64,000 bases of DNA from Trichosphaerium sp. ATCC 40318 (GCA_038496445.1 JALMLS010000466.1:1-64000); one strand, 5' to 3'. Counted from the stretch's first letter, positions 28,000 to 40,938 are shown. The notes: generated from the sequence alone by a model not told the origin. Program-made: numbers and translations.

Positions 28000-28727
28000 A
28001 TCTTTCTTGAACCGAAACTGCTTGTCTTTGTGTTGAATTTCTAGTGATATCGCACACGAACAATCTCGCTAGCGTACTATATATTATAGATAAAGCATTA
28101 TAAGGAGTAAGCAAGATGTCTTCCTGACTTTTTTGTTTCGTGACCACGCATCAAGGAAAAAAAGGTGTTTCGTTTTGTTTTTATTATACATATTTATTAT
28201 TAAGTTGTAGTCGCCCGCAAGCATAATCCCACAAATCATACCGTTCAAAATTATTACTATTATTACATACAGTCTCTACACTGACAGATTCATCAACATA
28301 TTCTTTATCTCTTACACTAAAAAAAAAAGTTTTAAAATCACGTGATTGAGGGTTCTCTACGAAAGCGTACTCTCTAGGTGGAAACACCCACACTGTCGCT
28401 CTATCTCTTCGAGCTGGATAAGCAGAGCATTGATTCTTTTCAACGTTCCAGTGTTGAAGTTGAAATGGTCCTTGATGAATGTGTTGGTGTGGCATATCAA
28501 GCGCTGTAGCGCTGTCACTTTCTTGCGATACCGGTGTCTGCCGCAATGTAAAATCAAAACCTATGTGAATATAGTCAGAACAAAACCCTCAGAACCGCAC
28601 CCTTCACATCAACACAAAAATCGGGCATTTTGAAAAAAAACTTTTTTTTTTTTGCGCAATGAAAATTAAACTGATGGGAAGATACCGGGTACAACTCGTT
28701 TTTGGCGTACAGCTACTCTTATGAGCC
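28000..28727 (-). CDS. Hypothetical spliced gene (boundaries uncertain)
   Basis: Open stretches bounded by GT..AG intron-like segments. No recognisable domain. Confidence 0.25.
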
Positions 28728-29197
28728 ATTTAGTGCGTTATGTAAACGTAAAACGTTGTATATAATCTTTTTACTTTACAGTCTGTTTAAACGTTAAAAT
28801 AATGACCCCCTCGTGGTGAACGATAAATGTTTTTGAGAGTTGCTGCGTTCAAACTTCTCGGGTTTCTTTACCTACAGAAAATGTACGAAAATTTTGGATA
28901 CTGCTAAACTGCACATTGAGTACTAGTAAACACGAATGCAAGCGTTGGTACCAACACGTGACAAGCCAACTAATCGTAAAAAACAGACAAAATAACTGAC
29001 AGAGAACAATAAACTTAAAAAGAAGCACATTCATTTAAAAAAATTTGTGTGTTTCAGGCACGTGATTTAACTTTTCATACCCCTTTTTTAAAAAAAGGGG
29101 TCTTATCGTGTTATGTGATACAGCCTAGGCTGAGATGACTAAAAATTTAAATACAACTTAAAAAAAAGTCACACCTGTTCTTTATGGTTCGAGTGTC

Positions 29198-29866
29198 ATG
29201 GAAGAAGGAAAAGGGAAGCCAAGAAGCCTTATTTTTGATGATTACCTTCCTGCACTTCCTAACAAGATCGAACAAGGTAAAACGCGCCGAAAACCGCTTC
29301 TTACGCTATCAAAGGGCTGTATATAGGTGATTGCTTCGATGCAAAAAATAAAGAAGGTTTAAAAAGCTTAAACATAACTCACGTACTTGCAGTACAACAA
29401 CAATGTGAAATAGGTGGTAAACCGTTATTCCCAAAGGCACGCCAACGAGAAAACACGTTAAAACTGGTGTTTAATTTTACATTTCACCAAACGTGACGCA
29501 CACTGCTAATTACCTATTATAGGACCTCAAGTACTTCATTATAGATGAAGCAGACGTACCTTGCGACCTTTCCGTGTACTTCAAAACAGCAATTCGGTTT
29601 ATTGAAAAAGGGAAAAAAAAAGGTGGAGTCCTCGTCCACTGGTGAGCTTAGAAACTAGACCTTTATGTCCTGATATTTTTAGTGGTGCTGGTGTTAGCCG
29701 TAGCTCTACTATTGCCGCAAGGTACTTAATGTACGAGCACAGTATAGATAGCAAGGAGGCACTAAGAAGGATAAAGGAAATTAGACCTCAGATTGATCCA
29801 AATCCTTACTTCAGGAAATTACTTGTTGAAGCAGAGGGCGTAAAACGCGTTAAGGGTAAAAAGTAG
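29198..29866 (+). CDS. Atypical dual-specificity protein phosphatase (3 introns, one GC-AG)
   Basis: GLYIGD..AKNKEGLKSLNITHVL, catalytic VLVHCGAGVSRS and IRPQIDPNPYF. Confidence 0.9.
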
Positions 29867-30323
29867 GGTTCATGCAGTATAAAGTAAGAGATACTCCATT
29901 GATTGCATACTGTACATCCTATCTTGGAACGTCTTGTCGTAGCACAGTTACTAGCAGCTAGAACGTTGCAGTGCCGCTGGAATACAGTACACGGACTTGC
30001 AACGCTTCACGTGTTGTAACCAAGAGTTGCACTCCTTAGAACAGATATTATTAGCGGTATCACTACAAGCAACAATTCCCAAGAGAGTAATAAAGCAGTA
30101 ATATAATTTTTACAATCAATGCACGCGATACGCTAACACTACACTAACCTGCAGTGTTTGTGACCTGTTTGGCGAAATTGATAAGAAAAATCGCACGTAA
30201 GTATGCACGTTGACGTTTGTTTTTGCACGCTTGGATTATTAGTACATGTGTTGGCCTTGTTTTAACAGCGTTTTTCAGCAAACTTAACCATTAGTTAAGA
30301 AATAATTTCATTCCATCGCAAAC

Positions 30324-31430
30324 ATGTCTAACATGGACGAAACTGAACCTGGCACTAGCGCATTTAACCCTGGATCATGTCGCTTTTACGAAAATGAGTT
30401 TCCGGACAAAGACGAATTAGTTATGGTTAAAATTACAGAGGTCAGCGAGATTGGTGTGTTTGGCAAATTATTGGAGTACAATATGCTCGATTGCTTCATC
30501 CCAATGTCAGAAATATCCCGTACACGTATTAAATCCGTTCAAAAGGTACGCAGGCACTAAATAACGTTAAATTACTAATATTCGACTAGCATTTGAAAAA
30601 AGGACAAACAAAAGTACTCCAAGTACTTCGTGTAGACCAAGCACGCGGTTACGTAGATTTAACTAAAAAATACCTCACCAAAGAGGACATTGAAGATTGC
30701 ACCAATAGCTACAATCGCGCTAAAACCGTACGAGCATAATGCGTCGCTAATTGCTGAGCGTACACATAGGTTTACAACATTGTCAACCGAATGGCAAGTG
30801 TATGGCATAAACCAATGAAAGACCTATACGAAAAGGTTGTATGGCCTCTTGACAACACGTATGAAGATGGTTCCTTCTCAGCCTTCAGAAAAATTGCTGA
30901 CGATCAAGAGTATGCTCCAAACTCGCCTCTAATTCCGCCTAACGCATGTAGTGATATTCTCACGGATATAGATTATGATGAGCAGTTCAAAGGAGAACTC
31001 ACAAAGGAGATCCGAAAGCGTCTTGCCATCCAACCTCTAAAGGCACACCACTTGAAAAGATGTTTGTGAATAACGCTTTTAAATAGGTTGTAGCTGAAAT
31101 TTCAATTACATGTTACTCTGAACGCGGTATTGATGACATCAAAGACGCACTAAGCGAAGGATTCTTTGAAGACAAAGTCCAGGTACATTTTTTCAAAAGA
31201 AATACCAAGTTTTTGTTTTATTGCTCTTCTCAGCGTCTAATCGCATTTTTCAGATCAACCATCGTGCGTCCCCATTGTACTGGATCCACACAACATCCAC
31301 AGAAGAGGCTGAAGCTCGTCAGCTTATTGTTGACTCAATTAAACGTATTGAGGATAGCATAGCAAAGCGTGGAGGTGAGCTTAAGGTTACCAGAGAACCT
31401 GAGGTTGCTGGAGACACAGACGACTTCTAG
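30324..31430 (+). CDS. EIF2S1: Translation initiation factor 2 alpha (5 introns, one GC-AG)
   Basis: CRFYENEFP, LLEYN, SEISRTRIKS (Ser51 equivalent), VLRVDQARGYVDL and GIDDIKDAL. Confidence 0.9.
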
Positions 31431-31763
31431 ATGCCTTGTATTGAATGTACTATTTTGAGTTTTTCTGTGCACTTATTAAAAAAAGCAACGCTTCTAATTT
31501 GAAACCTCGTTTTATGAGTTCTCCTTACTACGACCATCACTTACCCTGCGCAATTATGGTACGACAGAACCATGCACAAAAGCACTTAGGTGCATGCTGT
31601 TCTTCTTTAATAAGCGCTCATCACAAAACTGCGTCTCGATTCGGCGTTGGTGACCACCAAACTCATCACCAAGTTAATGAGAAACAAAAAGTTAAGTAAC
31701 GCTTGTGATTCACGTAAAGCACACTTTTATTCAAACTCATTGCACTAACAAAGCAGTACACTC

Positions 31764-33255
31764 ATGAGCGCGTTACGGCTCCTACAGAATACGTATAAGC
31801 GTACGTTTAATTAGCATATACGGTGCTTTAGCTAATGTCAGGCCACAGGTATGATGAAAGAACCCGTTGAGGGGTTCTGCGTCGACCTTCCTGACGAATC
31901 CGACTTTTTCCGGTGGGTGATATACCTTGAAGGCCCTCCAGGAACTCCTTAGTACGTTAGCAGTTGATTCGGACCGTTGCTTTCAACTTCCCTATTTTCA
32001 TTAAATAACTATTCCACATTACACTAGAGTGTATTTGCAGCTATTGTAACAAAGACATTTGTCGTTTGTGTCTACTTTTACCTTTTGCTCTTAATCTTGC
32101 TGTAATTGCCCAGTATAAGCAAATAAACTTACTCAAGATAGCGAGAAAGGAGTTTTTCAACTACAAATCGAGTTTCCAGATACTTATCCGATGTCTCCTC
32201 CATCTTTGCGATTCATGTCTGACTTCTGGCATCCTAACGGTATAGTGGTTTAAAGTGAAATTCGAACGAAGCGATTAAAACTTTTTTTTGCTTTTTTTTT
32301 GATTCTAAAATCCTTCAAATTACCTCACCGCTTCCATAAAACATCACCGTTAATACCGCGCATCTCTTTTTCCAACTTAGTTATTCTGATAAATAAAATA
32401 GTTTACAAGGACGGCAGAGTATGCATATCTATTCTTCATCCACCTGGCGAGGTACACCAATTACCATAGTATTTTTTAACGTCACTTTCATAAAAAAAAA
32501 CCTCCGTTCAAGCGACGTTATCGTTGAACTTGCTTGCGGCCTTTTTTCTCTTTGCCTCATCCCGTTCAGCATTCAACTAAGCTTAAAATTAGGATTCAAT
32601 GTCTGGAGAGCTCCCTGAGGAGCGATGGATGCCTTCTCAGACTGTAGAGACAGTTATCTTGTCTGTTATGTCCATGTTGAACGATCCAAACATCTCCTCT
32701 CCAGCTAACGTTGATGCTTCAGTCGAATGGCGTAAATCTCGTGATAAATACATTAAACGTGTTGATAAACTCGTTGAAAAAGCCATGAAGGAATTACCTT
32801 CTGATGTTAAAATTCCACACCCAGAGACTAATCCTGAAGAGAAGAGAGGTACTGCAGTTAAACGACTTTTCTGTTAACGATGGGAAAAAAACATACTTTT
32901 TTTTTAATACCGCTTTTTCGGCCTACAAGTGAATTCTATCGTCCTTGCGGTTACCGTGGGTATCTAGATATAATTAATAGCTACTCGAGAGGCCGTTTTA
33001 ATGCTGTTTTATCTCGTCAACGAAGTTTGTTAAAATTCGAAAAAAAATTACTGATTTTGGTTTGTAGCTCTTATGGAGAAGCGTAAGTTGCTCGCAGACT
33101 CTACAGATTTTATGATGGATGATTATGATGAGGAAGACTTTGATATGGACTTTGATGAAGACGATTACTATAATTACAGCGATGGTGAGGGTGATGATGG
33201 ATATGATGATGAAGGTGATGAGGATGAAGAGGTAAATGAGGATGACGATGCCTAA
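31764..33255 (+). CDS. CDC34: Cdc34/UBE2R-type ubiquitin-conjugating enzyme with an acidic tail
   Basis: [34 protein letters not shown] (acidic loop insertion), SPANVDAS and a D/E-rich C-terminus. Confidence 0.9.
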
Positions 33256-33827
33256 ACGACAAACCAAACCTCAATTAAAACAAAAAGGCTGAAAAGTCTT
33301 TTTTGCGGTAGCCAGGCAAAAAATCTTCACCTCATCAAACTTTGTATAAAAAACCCTCCTACTCCTCCTCTTGTCTGTATTTCTATCGCCGTGACTGATA
33401 AGAAATAAACATCAGACATTTTAGAAACACAAATTCTACAAATCTCTCAATCCTCACCCTTGCGTTTGAACGAAGAAAAAAACGAAAGAATTTTTCTCAA
33501 ACAAAAAAAAAAATACCAAAAAAGACTTTTTTTGAAAATGTTGATCCAAAAGCACCTTTCGAGTGCAACTTTTTTTCTTCTTTTCTATGTCTTTTTGATG
33601 TATTTTCTTTTTTCTCTTTAAAAAGTATGATTATGTTAATAATTTTTGTATTGTGCTTGTGAGTTGGTAGAGTCTTTTTTTTTTTTTTTCCCCTTTTTTT
33701 TTTTTTCTTTAAGTTGTTGTGAGATTTCTTCATTCTTTGTTGATTTTTTAGTGCCTGGCTGCCAGAAAAAAAAATAAATAAAATCGGTATCCAAGTAAGT
33801 CATATAAACTCATGTATTTGCGCTTAG

Positions 33828-34262
33828 ATGTCGGATCTAGAACCAAGCAAAGAGGAAGAAAAAGTAACTAAAGAAGAGGTAGAAGAAGAGAAAGTAGAGG
33901 AGAAACCAAAATCAAAGCAAAAAAGATCGAAATCTGCAAAAGAATGTACGTCTTTTAACCGAATCTTTTCTGCTTCTCATGACTCCCTACAACCTCTTCT
34001 CCCACTTATAACCTTCACAGCTTCTTCATCTCGTTCTGAAAAGTCTGAGAACTCAAAAAAGAGAAAAAAGGCGAAAAGTAAGCCAGAAGCAAAAGTAGAG
34101 CCTGAGCATACACGTAAGCAATCAGCTAAGGTTGAGAAGACACCTTCAAAGAAGAGAGATAAGGATCGTGATAAGAAACCAAAGGCCAAGCGTGTAAGAA
34201 CTGACAAGGATAAAAAGAAAAAAAGAGATAAGAAAAGGACAAAAGATAAGACCGCTGCTTAA
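33828..34262 (+). CDS. Small K/E/R-rich low-complexity protein (one in-frame intron likely)
   Basis: ATG-started ORF with strong K/E bias and an internal gtacgt...cag segment of different composition. Confidence 0.5.
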   Translation: MSDLEPSKEEEKVTKEEVEEEKVEEKPKSKQKRSKSAKECTSFNRIFSASHDSLQPLLPLITFTASSSRSEKSENSKKRKKAKSKPEAKVEPEHTRKQSAKVEKTPSKKRDKDRDKKPKAKRVRTDKDKKKKRDKKRTKDKTAA

Positions 34263-34479
34263 TGAATTTGTACGATCATGTCATGATATGTCATGCTCCT
34301 CCTTTCATAAGAGAGATAAAGATAAAGCTGTCTTTATTATATTTTTTTCTAAAACAACGTTTTTACGCCCTCCAACATCTGTTTGTACAAATTGTAAAAC
34401 AAACTCATGTTCAACTCAATTAAAAATCAAAAAAGTAAATTCTGTGTAGTTTATTTTTTTTTGCTTATAAATGGCTGTC

Positions 34480-36308
34480 AAAGAAACACGTGAACCTATT
34501 GTCGAATTATAGTACTAGTATGAAACGATCTTCGATTGATTAATTCCATGTGATCTTTGACAAACCATTCATTCTGATGTGAACTGGGTTTGATGAATCA
34601 AGAGTGGAGGAGTTTGATTGTTTTCGATCGTGTGTGGTGTATGATTGTTAAAACTTGGCTTCACTGCCAGAGCGTCTTCAGTTGAATCTTAAAAAAGGAC
34701 TCGGATGTCAAAAAGCTAAGGAAAACAATAGGGTTGATGCATTCACTTGTAGTCACTATTGGGAAATTGTACTTGTTTTATTAACCATTGACTCAACTTA
34801 GTCAGATAGAACTCTTAGAACGCGAGCAGTGACAAGGCGTCCTGCAACATCTAACTGCCTAGAATAGTTGTTTCGAAGAGGTAATGTACACGCTGCGCAT
34901 TTGAAAGTTTGAGCGTTTACATCCACTGCTGCGGTAGGTATGCCCAAGTAAGAGTACTATAACAAGAACATGTTAAGAAAAAATAAAGTAAAGAAGTATC
35001 TAGATAGTACGTTCTTGAGGTAATCAGTATTCCTAATTTCGCCAGTTGTTGATATGGATATACAAGCTGTATGAGTTAAAGTGCAATCGGTTTTATGCAG
35101 AAAATCGAAAATGATCAGCCATGAATAGTTGTCGCTGGCTTTCTCTTTTAAAGCATTTTCGAGCTCAGAAACACGTGATGATAGATAAGGTTTTAATCAT
35201 TCCGCTTAACCTTCTTATTAATTCGCCGTTATCCACAGGTATTTTAGTTAATGTCAAAGAAAATGACTCTATCCTACCACATGCTTTAGGCTGCACTTGA
35301 ACACTAAACTAGCACCCTAGAAGTCATGTATCAGTTAATGTAAACGTATGTTCCCCAATACCTGCTGCTCAAGACATAGGATAGCTTCAGAGACAGCCAT
35401 TCAGCTAATAGAGCACATTCAACGATCTGTTTCACTCTCAATTGTTCCAGTGTCAAAACGGTTACCATACTGAAGGCAATACACACGCACGTTCGTTTAA
35501 CCACGGATCAAAAGCTTCAGCTATTTCTGCCATATCTACACGAGTACACTTGAGGAACTGTCCTTCGAAGTACAACTTAACCCGTTACCTTACATGACCT
35601 CATAGTGATGCTGTTTTCAGTACATCACTTACAATTTCATGCCGTTCCAGTACTCGATAAACAGTCCGATGATTATACTTCTGTGCAAGTCCACTTGTAA
35701 ATCTGACCAGGGAACAATCTGACAAAACTTGCTCACAAATGAGTAGCATTTTATAACTATGCTCTATGAGAATACACTTTTTGTGCTCTTTACAGAACGA
35801 TTGACTGACACGTTACTGGTAAGCTGACTTGATTACTTCCAGGTTAAGTTGACTCACTCTATTTCCGTACTTATGAACCTCATTGCTAAATCTTGTGATC
35901 ACTTCGAATGACAGTCTATCTGTAGTGATGTACATTAAAATAAAGCCTTCACTGTATCGCAAATACTAAGAGGGCTTAGTTAGAGTTCACTCCCCTCTTA
36001 AACATTAGTTACCGAGTCACGCATGCCATAATACTCTTATTGTGTTGCTATGTCAAAAATTTCAAGTTTTGAACGTTGCTCATCTATGGTGAGATACTTT
36101 TGATAGCTTAACACGTGAGTCAGCGTTGGAGTTTGCAACTCTTTTTTTAGAACATTTTAAGTATAAAAAAAGGCTACATTCGTACCAATCTTCTAAGGTT
36201 GGATCGTATCTAGAAATATGTTTTTGTCGAATTGTATTATAGTCACTGATTTCCCCACACCCACATCCCCAGTACGAGTATTTTATACTCTTTTTCTTCA
36301 CCTGCCAT
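34480..36308 (-). pseudogene. Ras-family GTPase pseudogene with a degenerate C-terminal extension (possibly BTB-like)
   Basis: EYKILVLG/DVGVGKS has a frameshift near 36268, and a second frameshift lies before YDPTLED. DIATQ*EY carries an in-frame TAA at 36037-36039. MRDSYLRYSEGFILMY is retained; no intact NKxD. Confidence 0.75.
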
Positions 36309-36640
36309 AAGATGGAGCCCTTATTTAACGTTTTAGCTTTAACAGTATTGGTTAACTGAAATCTATGTCACGTGGCTATTGCAACGTTTTCTTGGACCTT
36401 ATGTAATGTACTTTCTCGTACTACTTTCCTCGTCTCTGTACTTACCTTGTAACGCCTTAATACTATCAGTTGATACCGCTATATTAATTGCCGTTCTTCT
36501 GCATTACATAATAAGATGTGACAGTTTTTTGTCCAGTATTTTAATAGCTTTGACCGTTTCCGTTACTTTTTTGTTTTTGCGATTTTCTTTTGTTCCCAGT
36601 TCATCTTTGACTTTATACCGAACTTGACAACTCTTCCATC

Positions 36641-39290
36641 ATGGCTGACACGGTACGATAGCATAATATTTGATAAAGTAGACGACAATCATCTCGCTGA
36701 CACACAGTCACTACCAAAGAATCTACGACCACTTCCCGCTTTACCTACGGGAGCAAGACCCCTCGGTGCATTGATTTTCACTCTACACTCACTCACGTGC
36801 GTGTAGGGAGGCAATTCGACAAGAGGCCGAAGCCAAAAGCACCGGGAGGGTCAAAACGCGGCGTATACCTCGAGTTTATAGTCGCTAAAACTTTTTTTTG
36901 GCTCACGTGATTTTCTTATTTAGACACCTATTGGCAAACTTTCTGAAGAGCAAGTTGTAGAATGGCTAGAGAAACAAGTTGGTTATGCACAGTACACGCA
37001 GTTATTTAGGTACACTTTTTTCTCTTTGCGTTATGTTTTCTTTGTTTGCGCCTGTACTTATAAGTTCGAAGAGAAAATGACATTGATGGCTCAGTTCTCG
37101 AGACTCTCAATGAGGAAGACCTCGAAAAACTCGGTATTTCAAGTCTTGGACACCGTAAAAAGCTTGCCAAGGCTATACAGGTACGTTAAAGAGCGATAAA
37201 CGTCGTGTAGCAAAAAGTGTGTTAATTTTTTTCGCGCACGTTTTCCGAAACGTCTCAATCTGCCTCCTATATTTTATTTTGAAGTTTATCACTAACTTGA
37301 TCAGAACTACGTGCCTGTACCTGCTAAAAAAAGCGCTGCGCGTGTGAATCCAACACCAAGGAGTACACCAACAAAACAAGAAGGTCCTTCCTCTCCAAGT
37401 TATAAAAAAGCACCTAAAGCAGTAGTGGGCGGCGCACCAGCAGAAACGGTTCGTGCTAGATTTATTTTTTGAAGAAATTAATGGATTTTTTTGTGTGTTG
37501 ATCCTGGGAAGTATTTAATATCTTTAGGATGAAGAAGAACGTCTAAGAAAACTACGTGAGGAAAATGAGGCCAAGAGTAAAGCAAGGCTCGCATTTATGA
37601 ACAAGGTAAGTACTAATTTTAGTAATTTTTTTAAAATACTTACTATTATTAGAGCAAGCCATCTCCTGTTAAAAAATCAGCATCTGTACCAGCCTCCCTG
37701 CAGCTAAATCATCACCATCAAAATTCGCTCCTGTACCAAGCGCTATGGCTGCTTCTGATGATTCATGGCAAAACAAAGTATGCACACAACTGTTTTTCCA
37801 TTGTGATCTCATCTAATCACGTGCAAAGGCCCGTAATATGAGTGGACTAAGCGGTGGAAATAGTGGAGGTGGACTCAGCAGAAGTGCTGGCAGAGCACCA
37901 GAGACAGAGCAAGAACGATTGCGGTATGTTCTCAATATGGTAGTCAAATACTCATGTTGTTTCTTTGCTTAGACGTCTTCAACAAGAAAATATTGCAAAA
38001 CAAGCTAACAAACTTGGATTCATGCGTGGATCAAAAGGAAGTGATTCTAGCTCTAGTTCACCAGCTGTACGTTTTTTTTTTTCACAAATAATTTACAAAA
38101 CGTATTTTGCGTTTGTATATTCACTATGGGTATTTAGAATTGGAGAGATGATGAGAAGAAGCGTGTTGTAAGTTTTTTTATTCGTTTTTTTTCAAAAAAC
38201 CCCACGTGATTTAATGTTGTTCTAGCTCGCTATGGAGATGCGCGAAAGGCAAGATCGTATGCAATCCGGAAGAGGGCAACAAAGGTGTGTATCCTGCTCT
38301 AAACAATATCTAACCATTTACAATAGTTATATGTCAGTAAAGGTTCCACTTTCAGAATCTGTAAAATCAGCGCTACAAAACTTTGGCGCCGGCAACAACT
38401 TTGTCGGCATGGTGCGTTTCTTTTAATATTTGCTATTCGTACGATTATATTATTAATAATATTTAAGGTACTCAATGAGGGTGGTGAGGAAGTAAACTCT
38501 GGATTTGTGGGCAGAGTTTCAACATCGCACGTGATTTTTATTTTTTTATTTTTCGTAATTGATTAAACGTTGTTTAACTTTTCTTGTAGTGAACTTTCAA
38601 GCAAGCTTAATGCAAATACACCAAGCTTTGGTATCCTTGATTTTAGTCATACCACCCAAACAGGTCAAAGACGTAATGCCAATGGTAAGAAAGACAATCA
38701 GACAAAAATGCCTGTTTTAATATACGTTTAGTGTTCATTTATTGCTGTCCTGCTGCCGCCCCAAAGAATCTTCGCATGGTTTATGCTACAGCAAAGACCT
38801 CAGTAATACGCCAAATTGAGGCTTTGGGTGTCAGAGTAGAGAAATCGGTAAGCATCGCATATTTTTTTATTCCCTCATTGTTACCTTATTTTTGTACGTC
38901 TTACTTACATTTTCGTCTAGGTTGAAGTAGCTGCACCAAAGGATTTGACTGACAAATTACTAACCGAAGAGCTGTATTTCTCTGGAGGTATGATCATTAT
39001 GTCGAGACTACACGACACGGAGTGTTTAGTTTTTTTTTTTTTTGCTGTTTTTTTAAGCACGTGTCTTACAACTTCTTTGTTTAGAAAAAGCATACTCTGG
39101 TTTCAAAACACCTGAATTCGATAGACATTATATTAAAAACCCACATCCTCTTTTCGGATCAAAGAGACGAGGAGTTGAAAACAAGGTCGTCCTAGCTCCA
39201 GCAGAAGCGTACGTCGATACACTTTCATTATACGCACGTGCTACCCTTTAACCACTATTTAGATACGGAAGCTCTACTCATAACCAGTAA
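36641..39290 (+). CDS. SAM domain, helical repeats and one twinfilin-like ADF-H domain; one apparent frameshift near 37695
   Basis: SAM: VVEWLEKQVGYAQYTQLFRENDIDGSVLETLNEEDLEKLGISSLGHRKKLAKAI. ADF-H: VKVPLSESVKSAL...VFIYCCPAAAPKNLRMVYATAK...VEV..PKDLT. Confidence 0.8.
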
Positions 39291-39397
39291 ATACGCTTAG
39301 AATTACATAAACCGTTTGATACGTAAAGAACAGCGTTGGCTATTGAATAATTAAAAAAAAAGATATTAATAAACAAAAAGTACTTCATTTTATTGTT

Positions 39398-40695
39398 TTA
39401 TTTCTTATTCCCTTTTGTACACGTCCCTGCACTGTTTCTTGGGTACAGTTCATTATTTGCTTCAAATATTTTCAGTAAACCATGAGGGATAGTCTTCACG
39501 GAGTTTGAGGATCCTTGGCGACGGAAAGTTGTGATCATTGTAAACTTTACCTTTTTTTCTATTTTAAGTCAGTTTCAGAGTAAAAAACTTATCGTTCACC
39601 TCATATAGAAGGGAGCCAGTATACCTCCAACCATTGCACAAATTGTATCCGAGTCTCCTCCTTGATAAGCTATTGTGAATAGTGTCCCTTCAAAGTCCTC
39701 AAAACCGTGTGCAGCAGACCAAACAACAAATGGAATCTACATGCATTTAGTAGCCATTCCTAGCTTTCTAAAAGATTGTGTACAGTATCATAGCATGTGA
39801 TGTTCTTTCCATTTCCTAGAGTTTTTGAAGCACACTTAAAGTCTCCTGGAGGTAGATTTAAAGACTTGGTGATTACATCCTTTATTCTACTTTTGTTGAT
39901 TTGTTTTAAAACAAGTGAAATAAACTCGCTAGGTGTTGGTGCTTTTCGCATTCTTGTAGCAATTGCAGTTGCTACAGCAACTATGATGGCGCCTTCAACA
40001 CCCTCTATTACATATTAGGAATATATTCCTTGTATAAGCATACAATGTGTGATACCTGGATGAGTGTGCGTAATGATTGTTGCGGCTTTTGTGTGAGAAA
40101 TAACTTGTTTAAGATCATTTGAGAAGTAAGCACCAATTGGTGCTACTTTCATGCCAGCGCCATTGCCATAAGACCCTTGATTACCAAAAAGACTGCTAGA
40201 TTTCTTATACCATCCTTGACCCTGTGTAAAATAGGGTCAGTGAACAGCAATTATCTATTTCTTCATACATTTGTTTCTCGGAGGCTTGGAAGAAGTTTAC
40301 ACATGCCTGTTGCATATGCACGTGATTTATCAAAATGTTCACCAAAGCTTCCAGCAAGTTCGTTTTGACATGATGTTATACCTCCATTCTTTAGTAACAT
40401 CTCTACAACTGAAAAAGCCATGTTCGAATCATCTGTCCACCTCATTGTTTTTGCTAAGATATTTTTAACTGTATGTACTCTTAAACATGGTCATTGCTTA
40501 CTCTCAGGAAATGGTTGAGAGTTGTCTTTAATGATATCTAGTAGTTTATCTTTGTTTTGGCTTGCCCAGTATCCCAAGGCATCTCCGACCTAAATTAGGT
40601 TGTTTGTACATTTCTTATTCTTTTTAATCATCATGTCGTACTGACAGTCCAGCTAAGGACATTAGCGCATTTTGAACACTTTCGTAGTGTGCCAT
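39398..40695 (-). CDS. ADP-ribosylglycohydrolase (ARH/DraG family, bacterial Tri1-like)
   Basis: LAGLSVGDALG, WTDDSNMA, GSYGNGAGMKVAPIG, THTHP, LGNG...DTIPFVVW and GGDSDTICAMVGGI. The metal-binding acidic residues are intact. Confidence 0.9.
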
Positions 40696-40938
40696 TTGTT
40701 GTAATAAGAAATAATGTAAGGTACTTGTGTATTCGCAAAACTGATTTTTCACAGAACTTGGCAAACAACAGTTATTTAATTTGATAAAAACGAAATGAGA
40801 TTATCGTGTACAATCATTTACTTCCTTTGTTATGATTGCCTTAAAGTGATATTTCGTTGACTGATACGATCTTGGATTCTTGGTTTATTTTTACAAGTAG
40901 TAAAACTGTTTCTGCGAAACGTGTTTATCACTTCGAAT

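Noticed and set aside
28563-28686. GTATCTTC donor as U12-like
   Set aside because: Imperfect donor, U2-type CTGAC branch, and an uncertain gene model.
36037-36039. In-frame TAA at a conserved Ras Glu as evidence for stop-codon reassignment
   Set aside because: The gene has other disablements, TAA terminates intact genes here (UBE2R, SatP copy 1, both PA-TM genes), and no conserved gene needs readthrough.
38631-38638. GTATCCTT as a second U12 donor
   Set aside because: It is coding sequence (FGILDF) in the ADF-H domain, and the frame is continuous without an intron.
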